Below are positions 55,256-59,462 of a DNA stretch of 59,462 nucleotides, piece by piece. Origin of the DNA: a virus; the UHGV virus genome UHGV-1364420; one strand, written 5' to 3'. Numbering within the stretch: the stretch's first letter is position 1; each line of letters opens with the position of its first letter. The notes below the pieces were generated by a model that was not told the origin of the DNA, did no database searches, and worked only from the letters and a program-made list of their open reading frames with translations. The position numbers were made by a program, and so were the translations under genes.

Positions 55256-55743
55256 CTTATTAAGTATCCCCCGCGACCGCCATAAATCTGGTAAGGGCCC
55301 ATAAGGAAGTCGTAAAATTTATGCTCCGCATTAGGCTTGTAAGCTGCGTAAGAACCAACAGCCCATTCCTGCTCCAGACCTTCCAGTTTGCGGCGTTTAA
55401 GCGCAAACTGGCGAGAGCTAGTCATCAATGCTCCGCTCTCTTTGATATCGATAAGGAGTTGCGCCTGTGCTTTTTTGATATCTGAAGAGACGCCAAGCGA
55501 AGGTCCGCCAGACGTCTCTTTGCGAGGGAATTCGAGTCCTTGATCAGAACTGTATACGTACCCTTTGTACGGTCCAGTCGTTTCCATGTAGTCAGCAGCC
55601 AAAACCAGGTTGGCTGCAATGGCATCATCAGAACCAAGAGTAACACCGCGATTCTCAGCATAGGCTTTGGCCTCCGCTACTGTAATATAAGTATTCGCGT
55701 CGACAACTCCAGAACCGTCTTCAACAATTAAAGTAACAGTCAT
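55252..55743 (-). CDS. Head-tail connector or adaptor protein
   Basis: 163 aa. Assigned by position. Confidence 0.4.
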   Translation of the reverse strand: MTVTLIVEDGSGVVDANTYITVAEAKAYAENRGVTLGSDDAIAANLVLAADYMETTGPYKGYVYSSDQGLEFPRKETSGGPSLGVSSDIKKAQAQLLIDIKESGALMTSSRQFALKRRKLEGLEQEWAVGSYAAYKPNAEHKFYDFLMGPYQIYGGRGGYLIR

Positions 55744-55752
55744 AACATTGCC

Positions 55753-55884
55753 TTATTCTGTAGTTTCTGGCGGTGGTGTTGTATTGACAAGTTCATCAGC
55801 CTCCTCTCGACGTTTACGGTTACGCTGAACTAACCATGCTTTAAACGGCTTGTCACTTCGCATACGAGGAGGCTTCATTTTCAT
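55753..55884 (-). CDS. Small basic ORF (43 aa), not in the ORF track
   Basis: MKMKPPRMRSDKPFKAWLVQRNRKRREEADELVNTTPPPETTE. Fills the gap between two minus-strand genes. Confidence 0.25.
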   Translation of the reverse strand: MKMKPPRMRSDKPFKAWLVQRNRKRREEADELVNTTPPPETTE

Positions 55885-55889
55885 TTACC

Positions 55890-56498
55890 TTATCGACGGT
55901 TCAAAGGAGGAACAATCGCAGCAGCGCGGGCGCGTGGGCGGTCCACTTCTTGATACTTACCAGCATTCGCCAGATAGACCTGCTTCACGATATCAGAATG
56001 GTTGTCTTTCGGAACAGAGCGGTCATAAGCCGCTTCAATGTTAACCAGCTGGTTCATTTCAGCTTCGATTGCTTTCAGCATTTCTTCGCGGAGGTTGATC
56101 AGCTGATTGCGACGTTCCGGAACCTGCGGCATCAGATCTTTCAGTTGCTCAAGCGTCAGCTCTTCAACTTTGATATCAAGAGCGTCGCCCAGAAGAGCAC
56201 GAATAGCATCTGAGAACTGAACTTCTACCAGCAATTTGATTTCGCCAGTGACCACATTACTGCGATCTTTCGCTGGGCTTTCTACAGCAGATTTGGGTTC
56301 CGCTGTTTTAGTCAGAAAGTAGGTTTCAGAGTTTTCACGATTGAAACCAGGGGCCGCTTCTTCCAGCTGTTCGCGGGTAACTGCTTCACCGCCCAGCACG
56401 AATTTAAAACCGTTCAGGTTGACCAGGCCATCTTGGGTCCACTGAGCGTCGACTTTGGCGTCCAGAGTTTTCAGGCCTTCGATAATCTTTTCGTTCAT
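55890..56498 (-). CDS. Hypothetical structural protein
   Basis: 202 aa, in the head module. Confidence 0.4.
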   Translation of the reverse strand: MNEKIIEGLKTLDAKVDAQWTQDGLVNLNGFKFVLGGEAVTREQLEEAAPGFNRENSETYFLTKTAEPKSAVESPAKDRSNVVTGEIKLLVEVQFSDAIRALLGDALDIKVEELTLEQLKDLMPQVPERRNQLINLREEMLKAIEAEMNQLVNIEAAYDRSVPKDNHSDIVKQVYLANAGKYQEVDRPRARAAAIVPPLNRR

Positions 56499-56607
56499 TA
56501 TAATTCCTCAGGTGAAAAAGAAAGGTACTACCCTTCGCGAGTGTAGCACCTTCGTCTAAATATGGAAATAGACCAAAACCCCTTTCCACCCTCTTCCATC
56601 GTGCTCT

Positions 56608-57018
56608 TTAAGCAGCCCACGCTTGAGTCAGCGCAGTACCTGCAACGGCGTTACCTTTCTTATCGGTAACTGTTACATTGACAGAGAAAGTCTTACCAAC
56701 CATGCCAGCTGGCGCAGTTCCGCTAATACGCGCCACACCATTGGAAACATTAGTAAGACTCAAACCGTCACCAGTACCTGCTGCAATTGCAAAGTTATAC
56801 GTGTAGAACCCGGTATCAGCAGGGGTCACAGTTTTAGGACGAACAAAGAAGTTCAAAGCGGTGCTGACTTTCATAGTATCCGCTGGAATTGAATCAACCC
56901 AAGTGGTACCATTAGCCGAATATTGCACGGCGCCAACTGCCGTGATAACCGGTAAAGGATCGTGACGATCATGCCGGATATAGCGACGGTGTCGCATATG
57001 TCTTGAATGACGTGGCAT
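56608..57018 (-). CDS. Ig-like domain decoration or head fiber protein
   Basis: 136 aa. Basic N-terminus, then a beta-rich Ig-like region (…TYNFAIAAGTGDGLSLTNVSNGVARISGTAPAGMVGKTFSVNVTVTD). Confidence 0.4.
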   Translation of the reverse strand: MPRHSRHMRHRRYIRHDRHDPLPVITAVGAVQYSANGTTWVDSIPADTMKVSTALNFFVRPKTVTPADTGFYTYNFAIAAGTGDGLSLTNVSNGVARISGTAPAGMVGKTFSVNVTVTDKKGNAVAGTALTQAWAA

Positions 57019-57031
57019 TTTGTATCCTCCT

Positions 57032-57056
57032 AAAAAAGGCGGCCGGAGCCGCCCTC
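57032..57056 (-). terminator. Intrinsic terminator after the major capsid gene
   Basis: Minus-strand GGCGGC-TCCG-GCCGCC, then TTTTTT. Confidence 0.55.
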
Positions 57057-57070
57057 TTAGTTAACCGGTA

Positions 57071-58141
57071 TTAGACCTCTTTCGTAATCAGACGCGCGAT
57101 GCGGATCTGTTTACGTTCGCGGAATACGCGGATGAAGGAACCTGCCGCACCGAGCTCGGTGTTGGACGGGCCACCTTTCTTGGCAGCAGTGCCTTTCCAG
57201 GCGTGACCGACCGGGTGGATGATCCATTCCCAACGGTTGAACAGGATTTCTTCACCCGCACCGTCGTTGGCTTCTTCGTTGCGCTTCACAGCGACCGGAA
57301 CTTTCGGAGAACCTACGCCCAGGGCAGTCGCGCCAGTACCGATCAGGAAGGTCTGGTAGACACCACCGGTGTTCGGCATACTGTCATCAACGATAACTTC
57401 GCGGCCCATGTAGTACGCGATGTTAACTTCACCGCGGGAGTCCGGGATGAAGTCGATCAGGTTCAGGTTCATCAGGCGCTGATAAACAACGGAGTGCATC
57501 ATGACCATGGTGAGGTCACCCATGCTGTCGCCCATCAGGCCGCAAGCTGCAATGAATGCAGAAGAGCTAAACTTCGCAGCATCGCCAGTCTGAGCGGAGA
57601 TGTCGAGGGTCAGGTCTTTCGCAACGTGAGTAGAACCACCAGCCGGAGCGGCGTCGTTAGTAGCGAACACGCCCTTCATTGTGGCCAGCCACGCACCCTG
57701 CAAACGGCGAACACGCCAGTCGGCAACACGGTTAGCAATCGCGTTCATCGGGTCGTTACCCGCCAGCGCAGCTACCAGGTCAGCAGAACCCCAGGATTTG
57801 TTACGCGACATGCGGATCTGAATTTCAGTCGCTGCCTGGATGTTATCCGGAACGGAGTCGGGGCCGTTGTCCGAAGAGATGTTTTCAGCATGGTCGCCAT
57901 CGCTGGACAGCAGATCGTGATAGAACGGCTGGTTAAAGGTCAGACCGCCGCCAGCAAGGTCGGCGTTCAGACGTTCGTCCATGACGAGCGCAGAAGACTG
58001 GATCAGACGGGATTTTTCCTGAGTCAGGGTCTGAACGTAGCCTGCAAAGATCTCCGGAACTACGATATCAGAAATACGGGTCAGGTCAGTAGCACCCAGA
58101 CGAACCGGGGCGAAGCCTGGAAGGTGAACGATACGAGACAT
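57071..58141 (-). CDS. Major capsid protein
   Basis: 356 aa. Follows the scaffold. Codon usage typical of high expression. Confidence 0.7.
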   Translation of the reverse strand: MSRIVHLPGFAPVRLGATDLTRISDIVVPEIFAGYVQTLTQEKSRLIQSSALVMDERLNADLAGGGLTFNQPFYHDLLSSDGDHAENISSDNGPDSVPDNIQAATEIQIRMSRNKSWGSADLVAALAGNDPMNAIANRVADWRVRRLQGAWLATMKGVFATNDAAPAGGSTHVAKDLTLDISAQTGDAAKFSSSAFIAACGLMGDSMGDLTMVMMHSVVYQRLMNLNLIDFIPDSRGEVNIAYYMGREVIVDDSMPNTGGVYQTFLIGTGATALGVGSPKVPVAVKRNEEANDGAGEEILFNRWEWIIHPVGHAWKGTAAKKGGPSNTELGAAGSFIRVFRERKQIRIARLITKEV

Positions 58142-58267
58142 AATTCTTCTCCATAAGGAAAGCTTTTAATTTTTTGTAAGCCTTTCCCCATGGAAGGCCT
58201 AAATGATTGAAGACCATGCTTCATGAACGCAAAATTAGCGTATTCAAAAAGCACGGTCAATATCAGT

Positions 58268-59146
58268 TTAGGACTTTTTCGCCGGGCGCTTCGGATTTAA
58301 CGGATCAACGCCGTTGCGCTTCGCCAGTTTCTTAGCACGTTCCGGATCAACTTTGAACAGTTTCATCTGTTCAGTTACCGACCAACCATCGTGGGAATAC
58401 GGGTCTTCGCCGCCGCCCTGGCCGCCTTTACCACCAGAAGCACCGCCACCGAAGGAATCTTCAAGCCAGTGCGGGCGGCTCGTAATCAGATCGCGCAACA
58501 TATTTTCGGCATCCAGGAATGGGGTAACGCCAACGCCTTCTTTGGTGACCACATTGCCGGATTCGTCGACATGCAACAGGCGCTCGCCATACATGATGGC
58601 GTCTTCGATCGCCGATTCGCGGATTTTCAGGGTTTTCGCAGCTTTACGAACTACGTCCGCGACGGTCGCCTTCACTTCTTTGCCTTTGTAGCCTTCGATC
58701 GCTTTATCTTTCTCTTGAAGCAGGGCAGTCGCTTCGTCGAGTTTACGCTGCAACGGCGCCAGGCGGGCAGTGACTACCTTTTCAAGGTCTGCCGGGTCGC
58801 CCTTACCTTGCTTGGCTTCGAGCTCCGGAATACGGTCCAGGCTTGCTACAATTTCTTCAACCGTGCCGTAACTGGCCAGAGAGGAAAGCTGCTGTTTAAC
58901 GGCCTTGTGGTCGCTACGTTCTTTCGACAGAGCAGTATTGAGACGATCAATATCTGCTTGAGTTTTCAGACCTTTGACACGAGTAAGAACATGCTTACCG
59001 TCTTTTTCGGTATAAAGGCTTTCAAAACCCGCCGGGATGTCATCAGCGCTATCGTAGGAAACTTCGAGTTCCGGTGTACCGTCACCAAGACGAACACCAA
59101 TCATACCGAAATGAGGCATAGCGAGGGTGATAAGGTTACGTTTCAT
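58268..59146 (-). CDS. Scaffolding protein
   Basis: 292 aa. Charged, coiled-coil-like central region with a Gly-rich C-terminus. Lies between the portal and the MCP. Confidence 0.5.
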   Translation of the reverse strand: MKRNLITLAMPHFGMIGVRLGDGTPELEVSYDSADDIPAGFESLYTEKDGKHVLTRVKGLKTQADIDRLNTALSKERSDHKAVKQQLSSLASYGTVEEIVASLDRIPELEAKQGKGDPADLEKVVTARLAPLQRKLDEATALLQEKDKAIEGYKGKEVKATVADVVRKAAKTLKIRESAIEDAIMYGERLLHVDESGNVVTKEGVGVTPFLDAENMLRDLITSRPHWLEDSFGGGASGGKGGQGGGEDPYSHDGWSVTEQMKLFKVDPERAKKLAKRNGVDPLNPKRPAKKS

Positions 59147-59168
59147 GTTTTCTCCTGTTGCCCATGCA

Positions 59169-59199
59169 ACAAAAATTAAGCGTCCGACATTGGACGCTT
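59169..59199 (-). terminator. Intrinsic terminator between the portal and scaffold genes
   Basis: Minus-strand AAGCGTCC-AATGTC-GGACGCTT, then AATTTTTGTT. Confidence 0.45.
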
Positions 59200-59221
59200 A
59201 GACTATATTACATCAGAGATT

Positions 59222-59462
59222 TTATTGTCCAGAGTCATTTTGCTTTTGCTGTTTAGCTCCACCAGAGTCTACCTGCGAGCCTTGCGCTTGCTGAGTAGCA
59301 TTCTGATCAGCTTTGCCTGTGTTTAGCAACTTAATCTGGGGATAAGTATCAAACTCATAGGCAATCTGTTTCATTTCTTCTTCAAAAGTCAGCTTGGTCA
59401 ATCCCTGATCCGTTAAATATTCATGAATTGTTTTCAGAGACAACGGAGCGGCCAGGTTACGA
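59222..59462 (-). CDS. C-terminal about 80 aa of the portal protein. It continues the ORF that leaves the window at position 1, assuming a circular or circularly permuted genome.
   Basis: The frame is open from the window end (59462) to a stop at 59222, with no ATG (the track start at 59443 is a TTG). Joining …GC (pos 2-1) to T CGT AAC … (59462 downward) preserves the portal reading frame: …QTMAARNLAAPLSLKTIHEY…. Confidence 0.5.
   Translation of the reverse strand, partial: RNLAAPLSLKTIHEYLTDQGLTKLTFEEEMKQIAYEFDTYPQIKLLNTGKADQNATQQAQGSQVDSGGAKQQKQNDSGQ

Noticed and set aside
57203-59179. 317-aa and 262-aa plus-strand ORFs antisense to the major capsid and scaffold genes
   Set aside because: These are typical GC-rich antisense shadow ORFs. 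They are opposite in orientation to the whole structural block and have no RBS.
1-59462. Integrase, transposase, toxin-antitoxin or CRISPR elements
   Set aside because: No tyrosine or serine recombinase motif, no IS-like inverted repeats flanking a transposase, and no repeat-spacer arrays were seen. The genome looks strictly lytic.

Overview
The window looks like a complete, circularly permuted genome of a siphovirus that infects an enterobacterial host. By gene content and order it resembles the Queuovirinae phages (9g/CAjan-like: Nonagvirus/Seuratvirus). That assignment is an inference, because no database search was possible. Three reasons support completeness. The window is about 59.5 kb. 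All the expected modules are present. The minus-strand ORF that runs off the window at position 1 continues in the same reading frame at position 59462 and reaches a stop at 59222.

The genome has two large divergent transcription blocks that meet in an AT-rich control region at about 13.5-14.26 kb and converge at about 40.5-40.9 kb.

(1) Minus-strand early block, 13484 down to about 3463. It contains about 25 small genes, mostly of unknown function. Identifiable members are a C39-like cysteine peptidase coupled to an HslV-like Ntn hydrolase, an HTH protein, Cys-rich zinc-ribbon proteins, and a lysis cassette. The lysis cassette has an i-spanin with a fully embedded o-spanin, a candidate endolysin, and a holin-like three-helix membrane protein.

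(2) Minus-strand packaging and morphogenesis block. It wraps from the window start, continues from the window end, and runs down to 40932. Its genes, in order, are TerS, TerL and a portal that spans the window junction. Then come the scaffold, the major capsid protein, an Ig-like decoration protein and head-tail joining proteins. After these are the major tail protein with a Big_2 domain, and a G/GT tail chaperone pair with a canonical T_TTT_TTA -1 frameshift site. The block ends with a 1086-aa tape measure protein, minor tail proteins, a J-like tip protein, and a 1310-aa tail fiber with a C-terminal S74-type intramolecular chaperone.

(3) Plus-strand block, 14265-40530. It carries early genes, including a DprA/SLOG-like protein. 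The replication and recombination genes are a primase-helicase, a PD-(D/E)XK resolvase-like nuclease, a MazG-like protein, RNase H, an ATP-dependent DNA ligase, a Sak4-like ATPase, a DUF669/SSB-like protein with a Pro/Ala/Gln-rich tail, a Cas4-like exonuclease, an SF2 helicase, a sliding clamp, and a compact family-B DNA polymerase. The block also contains a codon-optimised Lys/Ala/Glu-rich moron, followed by a strong terminator, a 20-bp inverted repeat and a tRNA-Ser(GCU). It ends with a complete 7-deazaguanine DNA-modification cluster: queE, queC, a yhhQ-like transporter, queD, folE and dpdA, with no queF. Several uncharacterised small ORFs are interspersed in that cluster.

No CRISPR array, integrase or transposase is visible, so the phage is probably strictly lytic. 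The most notable observations are the deazaguanine cluster with unassigned ORFs, the C39/HslV-like peptidase pair, the DprA/SLOG-like protein, an out-of-frame 23-bp perfect tandem duplication that splits two ORFs, and the iteron-like repeats in the divergent control region.
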